This document shows, one piece after another, positions 1 to 13,700 of a DNA stretch of 64,000 nucleotides. Within the stretch, counting starts at the first letter, position 1, and the number at the start of each line of letters is the position of its first letter. The notes under the pieces are model-generated. The model did no database searches. It saw only the letters and a list, made by a program, of their open reading frames with translations, and was not told where the DNA came from. The position numbers and the translations under genes are program-made. The stretch is taken from NCBI GenBank assembly GCA_048128005.1, contig JBEUKZ010000054.1:1054001-1118000 (forward strand), given 5' to 3'. This DNA comes from Veleropilina oligotropha (taxonomy: Eukaryota).

Positions 1-855
1 TTAAAAATTACTAGTATATATTAACTATAAATAGCGATTTCACTTTCCACTTCCCGCCGCGATAATGCCAGAATGCCACGGATGGGTAGATCATTATACA
101 GTCGGTTTTGTGCCAATTCCTCATAGACCCAAATTGGTAATCAATTTTACACATTAATTAAAAACTTGTAATTGTAAACTTCTGATGTTTCCGTACATGC
201 TTTCATTTGACACAATCTTTTGTTGGAGACCAGTGAAGTATTATGCAGACGACAGGATGTTAGTGTCTGTAACAGTACGAGTGGGACCATGCCCATACAA
301 CCATGGAGCATTGTTTCCGTTACAAAGGGAACGACGATGCTGGACTTGTATAATGCCATCGTCTCCAAAACGGCTGATGCGGTTGACTCGTGACCAGGGC
401 CCAAGATTATAAAGACTCTATGAAACTCAGCTCAGACTCTGCAATGATCAAGAGTATTGATTTGAGTACGAAACAGTCACCAGAATCTGAGATCGTACTC
501 AGGAGACCTTTATAATCTTGAGCCCCGGTCTCCCCAAGCATTTGATCGAAGCCTCAACCACATGTTTTATCGGGAAAAATAAAGCAGATGGAGACAGCTT
601 ATTCATGAACGCTGGTATTTTAATAAAATTACATAAATTTTATCATATATATATACGGTACAATAAAAAAAATTATGAAATAAAAATAAAATTCGCTCGC
701 GCGCACACTTTTCTGGAAAAAAATGCCTGGGAAACTATTTATTTTTTTAGTTGGCCTATTGATTTTTTGATCGGCCGCCATGTGAGGGATACACCCCCTC
801 GAGTTTTTGGGCTTGAAAATTTGGCTAGCTTTCTCAGTGTTTGATTGGTTTGCAA

Positions 856-1437
856 CAGACACACCATGGACTGGCAGTGTGTGTGCTGTATTCCTAGTGT
901 TCAGACACACCATGGACTGGCAGTGCATGTGCTGTATTCCTAGTGTTCAGACACACCATGGACTGGCAGTGTGTGCTGTATTCCTAGTGTTCAGACACAC
1001 CATGGACTGGCAGTGTGTGCTGTATTCCTAGTGTTCAGACACACCATGGACTGGCAGTGTGTGCTGTATTCATAGTGTTCAGACACATCATGGACTGGCA
1101 GTGCATGCACTGTATTCCTAGTGTTCAGACACATCATGGACTGGCAGTGTATTCCTAGTGTTCAGACACATCTAGGACTGGCAGTGTATGTGCTGTATTC
1201 CTAGTGTTTAGACACACCGTGGACTGGCAGTGTATGTGCTGTATTCCTAGTGTTCCGACACACCATGGACTGGCATTGTGTGCTGTATTCCTAGTGTTCA
1301 GACACATTATGGACTGGCAGTGTGTGTGCTGTATTCCTAGTGTTCAGACACACACATCATGGACTGGCAGTGTGTGCTGTATTCCTAGTGTTCAGACACA
1401 TCATGGACTGGCAGTGTGTGTGCTGTATTCCTAGTAT
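856..1437. repeat. Minisatellite, 44-46 bp unit, about 13 copies
   Basis: cagacacaccatggactggcagtgtgtgctgtattcctagtgtt. Confidence 0.95.
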
Positions 1438-1605
1438 TTAAGAAGAAATCCATCTGACAATAGCTGCAGCTTACCCTTGATATATTCTGTCGGGGCTAAT
1501 TTTAAAATTATTTCACTGATTTGATTGTCTACGTAACATACCTCCTATCATGCCCTATGCAACATTCTTGTGCATCACGCTTACATTTCTCTGCCATATT
1601 TTCAG

Positions 1606-1714
1606 CAACAATGTACCCTATTCCATGTCCAAACGGAACGTACACGACCGACGTCATGAGGCAACTGACGGCAGCGGACGAGTGCCTCCAGTGTGTGACC
1701 GGCATGTTCTGCAG
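1606..1714 (+). CDS. Host gene exon 1 in window (TMYPIPCPNGTYT...GMFC)
   Basis: ttcag acceptor, ag|gtatgt donor, phase 1 to 2; Cys-rich repeat. Confidence 0.85.
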
Positions 1715-4700
1715 GTATGTGGCTGCATCCAGATTCATTCAATTTAATTGCCAAGTATTCTTTAACCTAGTTTAATCACATTTACTAAATTTATGAATGA
1801 AAATACCATTAGAGTTTATTTTATCTGTATTATGCAAATATTTTATAAAGGATGATGATGGTGATGAATTGATGTTTAACGATCACGAAAAAGTATTTCA
1901 GTTATAAATCGGGTTAATCAACTCTGAATGATGAGATGAATTGGTGCTGCATGCAATGGAGGCAGCGATCATTGGAAAAAGCTTCAACCGTGACCTCCCG
2001 TTAGCACCATACCCACTCGCCCATGCTGCCCCCTTTTATAATGGATTATTACTAGTTGAAAGTTAAGTAATTGTCAAATAATTCCTGAAATAACAAATTC
2101 CTTTTCCAGGAGTGGCCAGATATCAGGCAACTGCTCAGCGGGTTACTACTGTCAGTCGGGGGCCTATGACTACACGCCGAGTGGCGCCGTGCCCAACAAC
2201 ACCTGTCCGGCTAACGAAGTGTGTGCCGGACCATGCCCAGCTGGACGCTACTGTCCAGAGGGCATCGAGCTGCCCATCCTGTGTCCAGAAAACACCGTCC
2301 GATTCACTCCGGGCGGAAGTCAAGTCTCTGACTGTGAGCCATGCCCCGAGGGATACCTGTGTACCGGAGGTGAGGCCTGCGATATATATTATTGTGCCAT
2401 CATTGATGAACATGACGTGAAACTTGTGAGAGCCACTGGCCGCTTTCAGCCATCATTTTCCTATTTCTTGAGGATGATATTTGGCCAAATATGCGAAAAG
2501 TGAAACCTTTCCTCAACATTCTCATAATCAAAACTTTGTAATAGCAAATGGCATGTAATAGTCCTATTTGCTTAATGTCTCTATGTCATGCTGATCAAGC
2601 TCTTTAGTTTAGGTAATTCTTCAATACTATCTTATCCAATTAATACTTGATTTTGTTTATATGACAGCATGTTTTTATCTTCTCTGATTGGCCACAAGTC
2701 ACGGGGGAAATGGGAGTGAAACCGGTGGGGAAATGGGAGTGAAACCGGCGGGGAAAGGGGAGTGAAACCGGTGGGGAAAGGGGAGTGAAACTGGCAGGGA
2801 AAGGGGAGTGAAACCGGCGGGGAAAGGGGAGTGAAACTGGCGGGGAAAGGGGAGTGATACCGGCGGGGAAATGGGAGTGAAACCGGCAGGTAAATGGGAG
2901 TGAAACCGGCAGGGAAATGGGAGTGAAACCGGCGGGGAAAGGGGTGGGCAGCAAATGAGGGCAGGGATGTGTGAGGGAGATATAGGTGGGCAGCAAATGA
3001 GGGCAGGGATGTGTGAGGGAGATATGGGTGGGCAGCGAGCAGGGATGTGTGAGGGAGATATAGGTGGGCAGCAAATGGGGGCAGGGATGTGTGAGGGAGA
3101 TATGGGTGGGCAGCGAGCAGGGTTGTGTGAGGGGGATATGGGTGGGCAGCAAATGAGGGTAGCGAGCAGGGATGTGTGAGGGAGATATGGGTGGGCAGCA
3201 AATGAGGGCAGCGAGCAGGGATGTGTGAGGGAGATATGGGTGGGCAGCAAATGAGGGCAGCAAGCAGGGATGTGTGAGGGAGATATGGGTGGGCAGCAAA
3301 TGAGGGCATCGAGCAGGGATGTGTGAGGGAGATAGGGGTGGGCAGCGAGCAGGGATGTGTGAGGGAAATATGGGTGGGCAGTGAGCAGGGATGTGTGAGG
3401 GAGATATGGGTGGGCAGTAAATGAGGGCAGGGATGTGTGAGGGAGATATGGGTGGGCAGCAAGCAGGGATGTGTGAGGGATATATGGGTGGGCAGCAAAT
3501 GAGGGCAGGGAGCAAGGATGTGTGAGGGAGATATGGGTGGGCAGCAAGCAGGGATGTGTGAGGGAGATATGGGTGGGCATCAAATGAGGGCAGGGAGCAG
3601 GGATGTGTGAGGGAGATAGGGGTGGGCAGCGAGCAGGGATGTGTGAGGGAGATAGGGGTGGGCAGCGAGCAGGGATGTGTGAGGGAGATATGGGTGGGCA
3701 GCATATGAGGGCAGGGAGCAGGGATGTGTGAGGGAGATATGGGTGGGCAGCAAATGAGGGCAAGGCGCAGGGATGTGTGCGGGAGATAGGGGTGGGCACC
3801 AAATGAGGGCAAGGAGCAGGGATGTGTGATGGAGATAGGGGTGGGCAGCAAATGAGGGCAGCGAGCAGGGATGTGTGAGGGAGATATGGGTGGGCAGCAA
3901 ATGAGGGCAGGGAGCAGGGATGTGTGAGGGAGAAAGGGGAGGGCAGGGAGCAGGGATGTGTGCGGGAGATATAGGCGGGCAGCGAGCAGGGATGTGTGCG
4001 GGAGATATGGGTGGGCAGCAAATGAGGGCAGCGAGCAGGGATGTGTGAGGGAGATATGGGTGGGCAGCAAATGAGGGCAGCGAGCAGGGATGTGTGAGGG
4101 AGATATGGGTGGGCAGCAAATGAGGGCAGGGAGCAGGGATGTGTGAGGGAGATATGGGTGGGCAGCAAATGAGGGCAGGGAGCAGGGATGTGTGAGGGAG
4201 ATATGGGTGGGCAGCAAATGAGGGCAGCGAGCAGGGATGTGTGAGGGAGATATGGGTGGGCAGTGAGCAGGGATGTGTGAGGGAGATATGGGTGAGCAGC
4301 AGGGAGCAGGGATGTGTGAGGGAGATATGGGTGAGCAGCAGGGAGCAGGGATGTGTGAGGGAGATATGGGTGGGCAGGGATGTGTGAGGGAGATATGGGT
4401 GAGCAGCAGGGAGCAGGGATGTGTGAGGGAGATATGGGTGAGCAGCAGGGAGCAGGGATGTGTGAGGGAGATATGGGTGGGCAGCAAGCAGGGATGTGTG
4501 AGGGAGATATGGGTGGGCAGCGAGCAGGGATGTGTGAGGGAGATATGGGTGGGCAGCAAATGAGGGCAGGGATGTGTGAGGGAGATATGGGTGGGCAGCA
4601 AATGAGGGCAGGGAGCAGGGATGTGCGAGGGAGATATGGGTGGGCAGCAAATGAGGGCAGGGAGCAGGGATGTGTGAGGGAGAAAGGGGAGGGCAGGGAG

Positions 4701-7700
4701 CAGGGATGTGTGAGGGAGATATGGGTGGGGAGCAGGGATGTGTGAGGGAGATATGGGTGGGCAGCAAATGAGGGTAGCGAGCAGGGATGTGCGAGGGAGA
4801 TATGGGTGGGCAGCAAATGAGGGCAGGGAGCAGGGATGTGTGAGGGAGAAAGGGGAGGGCAGGGAGCAGGGATGTGTGCGGGAGATATAGGCGGGCAGCG
4901 AGCAGGGATGTGTGCGGGAGATATGGGTGGGCAGCAAATGAGGGCAGCGAGCAGGGATGTGTGAGGGAGATATGGGTGGGCAGCAAATGAGGGCAGCGAG
5001 CAGGGATGTGTGAGGGAGATATGGGTGGGCAGCAAATGAGGGCAGGGAGCAGGGATGTGTAAGGGAGATATGGGTGGGCAGCAAATGAGGGCAGCGAGCA
5101 GGGATGTGTGAGGGAAATATGGGTGGGCGGCAAATGAGGGCAGGGATGTGTGAGGGAGATATGGGTGGGCAGCAAGCAGGGATGTGTGAGGGAGATAGTG
5201 GTGGGTAGCGAGCAGGGATGTGTGAGGGAGATATGGGTGGGCAGCAAATGAGGGCAGGGAGCAGGGATGTGTGAGGGAGATATGGGTGGGCATCAAATGA
5301 GGGCAGGGAGCAGGGATGTGTGAGGGAGATATAGGCGGGCAGCAGGGAGCAGGGATGTGTGAGGGAGATATGGGTGAGCAGCAGGGAGCAGGGATGTGTG
5401 AGGGAGATATGGGTGGGCAGCGAGCAGGGATGTGTGAGGGAGATATGGGTGGGCAGCGAGCAGGGATGTGTGAGGGAGATATGGGTGGGCAGCGAGCAGG
5501 GATGTGTGAGGGAGATATGGGTGGGCAGCAAATGAGGGCAGGGAGCAGGGATGTGTGAGGGAGATATGGGTGGGCATCAAATGAGGGCAGGGAGCAGGGA
5601 TGTGTGAGGGAGATATGGGTGGGGAGCAGGGATGTGTGAGGGAGATATGGGTGGGCAGCGAGCAGGGATGTGTAAGGGAGATATGGGTGGGCAGCAAATG
5701 AGGGCAGCGAGCAGGGATGTGTGAGGGAAATATGGGTGGGCGGCAAATGAGGGCAGGGATGTGTGAGGGAGATATAGGTGGGCAGCAAATGAGGGCAGGG
5801 AGCAGGGATGTGTGAGCAGCGAGCAGCGATGTGTGAGGGAGATATGGGTGGGCAGCAAATGAGGGCAGCGAGCAGGGATGTGTGCGGGAGATATGGGTGG
5901 GCAGCAAATGAGGGCAGGGAGCAGGGATGTGTGAGGGAGATATGGGTGGGCAGCAAATGAGGGCAGCGAGCAGGGATGTGTGAGGGAGATATGGGTGGGC
6001 AGCAAATGAGGGCAGCGAGCAGGGATGTGTGACGGAGATATGGGTGTGCAGCAAATGGGGGCAGGGAGCAAGGATGTGTGAGGGAGATATGGGTGGGCAG
6101 CGAGCAGGGATGTGTGAGGGAGATATGGGTGAGCAGCAAATGAGGGCAGGGAGCAGGGATGTGCGAGGGAGATATGGGTGGGCAGCAAATGAGGGCAGGG
6201 AACAAGGATGTGTGAGGGAGATAGGGGTGGGCGGCAAATGAGGGCAGGGAACAAGGATGTGTGAGGGAGATAGGGGTGGGCGGCGAGCAGGTATGTGTGA
6301 GGGAGATATGGGTGGGCAGCAAATGAGGGCAGGGAGCAGGGATGTGTGAGGGAGATATGGGTGTGCAGCAAATGGGGGCAGGGAGCAAGGATGTGTGAGG
6401 GAGATATGGGTGGGCAGCGAGCAGGGATGTGTGAGGGAGATATGGGTGAGCAGCAAATGAGGGCAGGGAGCAGGGATGTGCGAGGGAGATATGGGTGGGC
6501 AGCAAATGAGGGCAGGGAGCAGGGATGTGTGAGGGAGATATGGGTGGGCAGCAAATGAGGGCAGGGAACAAGGATGTGTGAGGGAGATAGGGGTGGGCGG
6601 CGAGCAGGTATGTGTGAGGGAGATATGGGTGGGCAGCAAATGAGGGCAGGGAGCAGGGATGTGTGAGGGAGATATGGGTGGGCAGCTAATGAGGGCAGGG
6701 AGCAGGGATGTGTGAGGGAGATATGGGTGGGCAGCAAATGAGGGCAGGGAGCAGGGATGTGTGAAGGAGATATGGGTGGGCAGCAAATGAGGGAAGCAAG
6801 CAGGGATGTGTGAGGGAGATAGGGGTGGGCAGCAAATGAGGGCAGGGAGCAGGGATGTGTGAGGGAGATATGGGTGGGCAGCAAATGAGGGCAGGGAACA
6901 GGGATGTGTGAGGGAGATAGGGGTGGGCGGCGAGCAGGGATGTGTGAGGGAGATATGGGTGGGCATCAAATGAAGGCAGTGAGCAGGGATGTGTGAGGGA
7001 GATATGGGTGGGCAGCAAATGAGGGCAGGGAGCAGGGATGTGTGCGGGAGATATAGGCGGGCAGCGAGCAGGGATGTGTGAGGGAGATATGGGTGGGCGC
7101 ATATGAGGGCAGGGATGTGTGAGGGAAATATGGGTGGGCGCATATGAGGGCAGGGAGCAGGGATGTGTGAGGGAGATAAGGGTGGGCAGCAAATGAGGGC
7201 AGGGAGCAGGGATGTGTGAGGGAGATATGGGTGGGCGCATATGAGGGCAGCGAGCAGGGATGTGTGAGGGAGATATGGGTGGGCAGCATATGAGTGCAGG
7301 GAGCAGGGATGTGTGAGGGAGATAGGGGTGTGTGAGGGAGATAGGGATGGGCAGCATATGAGGGCAGGGAGCAGGGATGTGTGAGGGAGATATGTGTGGG
7401 CAGCATATGAGGGCAGGGAGCAGGGATGTGTGAGGGAGATATGTGTGGGCAGCATATGAGGGCAGGGAGCAGGGATGTGTGAGGGAGATATGGGTGGGCG
7501 CATATGAGGGCAGGGAGCAGGGATGTGTGAGGGAGATATGGGTGGGCAGCATATGAGTGCAGGGAGCAGGGATGTGTGAGGGAGATAGGGGTGTGTGAGG
7601 GAGATATGGGTGGGCAGCAAATGAGGGCAGGGAGCAGGGATGTGTGAGGGAGATATGGGTGGGCATCAAATGAGGGCAGGGAGCAGGGATGTGTGAGGGA

Positions 7701-10700
7701 GATATGGGTGGGCAGCGAGCAGGGATGTGTAAGGGAGATATGGGTGGGCAGCAAATGAGGGCAGCGAGCAGGTATGTGTGAGGGAAATATGGGTGGGCGG
7801 CAAATGAGGGCAGGGATGTGTGAGGGAGATATAGGTGGGCAGGGAGCAGGGATGTGTGAGCAGCGAGCAGGGATGTGTGAGGGAGATATGGGTGGGCAGC
7901 AAATGAGGGCAGCGAGCAGGGATGTGTGAGGGAGATATGGGTGGGCAGCAAATGAGGGCAGCGAGCAGGGATGTGTGAGGGAGATATGGGTGGGCAGCAA
8001 ATGAGGGCAGGGAGCAGGGATGTGTGAGGGAGATATGGGTGAGCAGCAGGGAGCAGGGATGTGTGAGGGAGATATGGGTGGGCCGCGAGCAGGGATGTGT
8101 GAGGGAGATATGGGTGGGCAGCGAGCAGGTATGTGTGAGGGAGATATGGGTGGGCAGCAAATGAGGGCAGGGAGCAGGGATGTGTGAGGGAGATATGGGT
8201 GGGCATCAAATGAGGGCAGGGAGCAGGGATGTGTGAGGGAGATATGGGTGGGGAGCAGGGATGTGTGAGGGAGATATGGGTGGGCAGCGAGCAGGGATGT
8301 GTAAGGGAGATATGGGTGGGCAGCAAATGAGGGCAGCGAGCAGGGATGTGTGAGGGAAATATGGGTTGGCGGCAAATGAGGGCAGGGATGTGTGAGGGAG
8401 ATATAGGTGGGCAGCAAATGAGGGCAGGGAGCAGGGATGTGTGAGCAGCGAGCAGGGATGTGTGAGGGAGATATGGGTGGGCAGCAAATGAGGGCAGCGA
8501 GCAGGGATGTGTGCGGGAGATATGGGTGGGCAGCAAATGAGGGCAGGGAGCAGGGATGTGTGAGGGAGATATGGGTGGGCAGCAAATGAGGGCAGCGAGC
8601 AGGGATGTGTGAGGGAGATATGGGTGGGCAGCAAATGAGGGCAGCGAGCAGGGATGTGTGACGGAGATATGGGTGGGCAGCAAATGGGGGCAGGGAGCAA
8701 GGATGTGTGAGGGAGATATGGGTGGGCAGGGATGTGTGAGGGAGATATGGGTGAGTAGCAAATGAGGGCAGGGAGCAGGGATGTGCGAGGGAGATATGGG
8801 TGGGCAGCAAATGAGGGCAGGGAGCAGGGATGTGTGAGGGAGATAGGGGTGGGCGGCGAGCAGGGATGTGTGAGGGAGATATGGGTGGGCAGCAAATGAG
8901 GGCAGGGAACAGGGATGTGTGAGGGAGATAGGGGTGGGCGGCGAGCAGGGATGTGTGAGGGAGATATGGGTGGGCAGCAAATGAGGGCAGGGAGCAGGGA
9001 TGTGTGAGGGAGATATGGGTGGGCAGCTAATGAGGGCAGGGAGCAGGGATGTGTGAGGGAGATATGGGTGGGCAGCAAATGAGGGCAGGGAGCAGGGATG
9101 TGTGAAGGAGATATGGGTGGGCAGCAAATGAGGGAAGCAAGCAGGGATGTGTGAGGGAGATAGGGGTGGGCAGCGAGCAGGGATGTGTGAGGGAGATAGG
9201 GGTGGGCAGCAAATGAGGGCAGGGAGCAGGGATGTGTGAGGGAGATATGGGTGGGCAGCAAATGAGGGCAGGGAACAGGGATGTGTGAGGGAGATAGGGG
9301 TTGGCGGCGAGCAGGGATGTGTGAGGGAGATATGGGTGGGCATCAAATGAAGGCAGTGAGCAGGGATGTGTGAGGGAGATATGGGTGGGCAGCAAATGAG
9401 GGCAGGGAGCAGGGATGTGTGCGGGAGATATAGGCGGGCAGCGAGCAGGGATGTGTGAGGGAGATATGGGTGGGCGCATATGAGGGCAGGGAGCAGGGAT
9501 GTGTGAGGGAGATAAGGGTGGGCAGCAAATGAGGGCAGGGAGCAGGGATGTGTGAGGGAGATATGGGTGGGCGCATATGAGGGCAGCGAGCAGGGATGTG
9601 TGAGGGAGATTTGGGTGGGCAGCATATGAGTGCAGGGAGCAGGGATGTGTGAGGGAGATAGGGGTGTGTGAGGGAGATAGGGATGGGCAGCATATGAGGG
9701 CAGGGAGCAGGGATGTGTGAGGGAGATATGTGTGGGCAGCATATGAGGGCAGGGAGCAGGGATGTGTGAGGGAGATATGTGTGGGCAGCATATGAGGGCA
9801 GGGAGCAGGGATGTGTGAGGGAGATATGGGTGGGCGCATATGAGGGCAGGGAGCAGGGATGTGTGAGGGAGATATGGGTGGGCACATATGAGGGCAGGGA
9901 GCAGGGATGTGTGAGGGAGATAGGGATGGGCAGCAAATGAGGGCAGGGAGCAGGGATGTGTGAGGGAGATAGGGGTGGGCAGCAAATGAGGGCAGGGAGC
10001 AGGGATGTGTGAGGGAGATATGGGTGGGCAGCAAATGAGGGCAGCGAGCAGGGATGTGTGAGGGAGATATGGGTGGGCAGCAAATGAGGGCAGCGAGCAG
10101 GGATGTGTGAGGGAGATATGGGTGGGCAGCAAGCAGGGATGTGTGAGGGAGATAGTGGTGGGTAGCGAGCAGGGATGTGTGAGGGGAGATGATGGAGGGA
10201 TTACAGCAAAATCACCCATTTGTAAACGGGTGTGCCTGATAGTTTAAACAATAATAGTATATTGCATCATCATCGATGTACTGCCGGTTATCGCATCATC
10301 ATTGATGTACTGCCAGTTATCGCATCATCATCGATGTACTGCTGGTTATCACATCATCATCGATGTACTGCCGGTTATCGCATCATCATCGATGTACTGC
10401 CGGTTATCAAATGTCTTGACATTTTAATGATCCATCCAGGGACCTGGAATCCTGAGCTGTGTCCTCCAGGATACTACTGCCTGCTGGGTAATGGTACAAC
10501 ACCGTGTCCCCGACTGCAGTACCGTGATGTCCCGGGAGCGGCGAGCGCGACCGACTGTCCAGACTGCATAGCCGGATTCTGGTGTAACTATACAGGTGAG
10601 ATGTATTGCTGAATAATTATGTGTCGTATACAGAACTTTCAGAATCTAGAGAACTAAATCTTGGTACATTGCAAATCATTCTAAAAAAGTTTTATCAAGA

Positions 10701-13700
10701 TCAGGCAATTTCAGAAAAACGTATAGACAGTGATGAATACATGTTCAAATTCAATAAAATTTGGTGAAGACACCAACCAGATTTGTTTGTACATCTGTAA
10801 AGAAATGTTTTAATGTGCTAAATTGGCCATTTGCGTTACACTGTATAAATGTTGATGTGAATAGATGTATAGTACACATGATAATGAAGTTGAGATTATT
10901 CGCATTAAAACCGCTGAAGATCAGTAGACTGTGTGTTCATGCCAATTGCAAGGTCGCGGATGATTGTTGATTACTATGCATGTTGTGGATTCATGATTCA
11001 GGAATTTGTTAGATCGTTGTCGTCTCAAAAGAGTAAAATCGATATACGACTGAGTTAACATGACATTGTGAACCATACGTTACGTTTTAATTTTTTCCTA
11101 CAGGCATGGATATCTATACTGACAGCGAATGCCCGCCCGGTTATTACTGCTTATCTGGTCAAGAGCCGACGATTTGTCCGGCCGGTCGTATGCGAGACAG
11201 GACAGGATCGGCTATGGTATCTGAATGCCCGCTATGCCGTCCCGGGTATTACTGCCCGAATGACACAATTAACACCCAGGGCATCCCGTGTATGGCCACA
11301 TACGAATGTCCCGAAGGAGCCTCAATGGAGATCGACTGTCGACCGGGTCATTACTGTAGTGGTACGACCGGGGTGCCACCCATATGTTGGCCTGGATATT
11401 ACTGTGTGGGGGCCACAGAGACGCCGGTGGTGTGCGAGTATCCCTATTACTGCCCCGAGGGGAGCAACATGACCCTGAAGTGCTTCCTCGGGTATCAGGC
11501 GGTGGATCACCCAAGCATTCGGTATGATGTCCACTTGTCGTGTCGCATGTGTGGACCGGGAACCTATGGCAATGCCACTGACCGATCGAGGTGCGACGTG
11601 TGTCCGGCCGGATACTACTGTCCAGCAGGAACTGGCCACGGCGATAGCAATCCATGCCCACCGGGGTCGTACTGCCCACAGGGGTCATCGATTCCCACGC
11701 CTTGCCCAGCTGGAATGTACGGAGAAGCGATCCGAGCGGTTGCCTTCGGAGAGTGCTTCCCTTGCCCTGCTCAGTATTATCAAAACCTTCCCGGTAAGAC
11801 GTCGTGCAGACCGTGTGGCAGTTCTTCGACGTCCAGTGCTAACAGCGCAACGTGTGACTGTATCGGCCGGTACCGGTCGTTCCAAGTCTCCAATGGCGTG
11901 TGCACATGCCTCAGCGGTTATGTGTTCTATAATGAGGTGGATAAGGTGCAAGACGACGGAAACAGTGACATCGACTGTCAGGAAATCGTGGACACTCGGT
12001 GCCAGGCAGATGAGACGCGTCTCGCTACCACCAGGGAATGCGTGGTCCCAGAAAACGTTGATTGTTCGGAGTCGTGCCCTCTATCAGGAGGCATCTTGGA
12101 CGTCGACCAAGGAAAGTAAGGATGCACACTCGTCACACGTATATCAGTAGAGCATGATATTTAAGCATATTAAAATAATTAAAGCAAATTAAAAAATTAA
12201 GATTAATTTTAAGGTGCTCTTTCGGTACTTCCCCCACAGCTCCGGCTTTTATACATATTTAGGAGCTCCGGTTTGTATTCATCTTAAATTTTCACACTCC
12301 GCGTATTATCTGCTACTAAAGGCAAATGCAGCTTGCGATAAGATACACGTGATGGGTACGTAGTTGTATTGGCTTTGCAAACGTATATACACCGGACCGC
12401 CCCGTGAGCCTGGACTGGCCGAGGTTCACCTGTTGCTAGTCCCCATGGATTTAACATTAACGACGCGTCCAAAGTCGGAGATGAAAAACCGGATTTCCAA
12501 AGTTGAGTAAAAGCCGGAGCTGTGGGGGAAGTACCGAAAGAGCGCCTATTTTAATATTTTCGCCTTAATATATATCTATAGAAGAACAGATAAATGGTAA
12601 TATTGTAGTTTCAATTACTGTTATAATATTATTATAAGAATATGTTGTAGGGTGGCACAATTTACACAAATCCATGAAATCTGTCGATTTAATGCATTTA
12701 CGTAGAACGATTCATATACCATGTTTGCCATATGTCGGATGATTTTCTTTAAACCTTTTCGATCTATTTGGAGGAGACATGACTGTAACTTTGTCTAAGA
12801 TTGCACAATGATGTCCTAATTCTTGATATAAGTAATAGTGTTATATTGTTAAGGTAATAATCGTTGTAGGTGCACATGCAGCACGTATAAGACGGTCGTG
12901 GAGATTTGTGATAACATCTGCCAAGCTACGACCATGCCCGCGATCTCCGCACAAGTTAATTCCCAGGGTGCACTAGAGATCATAGTTACTGATCCACAGA
13001 CAGGGGCCACTGAAGTTCAGGTAAGAAAATATAGCAGGTTAAAATCAACCTGTCCCCTATCATGATACACTGGCATCACAGGTCTTATTCCTAGATATAT
13101 TATTGTAAAATGTCTTCAGTAGTTCCTGAAAGCAGCCAGGGTCCTGTTTCACAGTTGAGACATTTTATTTTTGTGAATGAAGTTTAAAATATCTGATAGG
13201 TCTAACCTACCTTCTTGGTCAGGTTTGAATTAACAGGTTCTTCATTGGTGAGGGGGCCGCTTCGGTAGCGCAGTGGGTAGAGTGTCCACTCTAAATTCAC
13301 TGGCTTATTTCCGCTGATGCGAACAGTAGTGGGATCGACCCCCGGCTGAGGCAGCACACATTTGTTCAAGTTATGAAGTACAGTTGTCCGTGACTGGCTG
13401 AAGAGGGCGGGTTTACCCGGCAACCGGGGTTTCCTCCCGCGATAACACGGACATGTCCTGCCTTGAACCTCGATGTTATAAATATACAGGACATTAAGCA
13501 TCATTCCTCCTCTTCATTGGTGAGGGTAATCTACACATCCTTGACCTTGAACAGTACCGTAATCTACGCATCCTTGACCTTGAACAGTACCGGTGAGCCA
13601 GGAAATCTTACCCCCCTGGAAATTCTCTCACACAGGATTTTCAGAGCGGAGATTTCTGGTACACCGGCATTAATACAATACCGGTACTTAGTGCCAGGCT

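Noticed and set aside
147..844. Short ORFs at the window start and a possible CACTG-type transposon end at 839
   Set aside because: No recognisable domain, and the partner terminus is not in the window.
2632..10219. Very long minus-strand ORFs (up to 1290 aa, PTHISLTHPCS repeats)
   Set aside because: Open in all three frames because the C-rich repeat strand lacks stops; they lie inside an intron of the + strand gene.
13255..13350. tRNA gene
   Set aside because: A and B boxes belong to a TSD-flanked SINE head; no proper cloverleaf.
13237..13591. Apparent SINE-interrupted exon (ag|g ttc...FFIGEGNLHILDLEQYR...|gtgag)
   Set aside because: It is phase 2, while flanking exons 5 and 6 join directly in phase 0; the phase-0 reading hits TGA.
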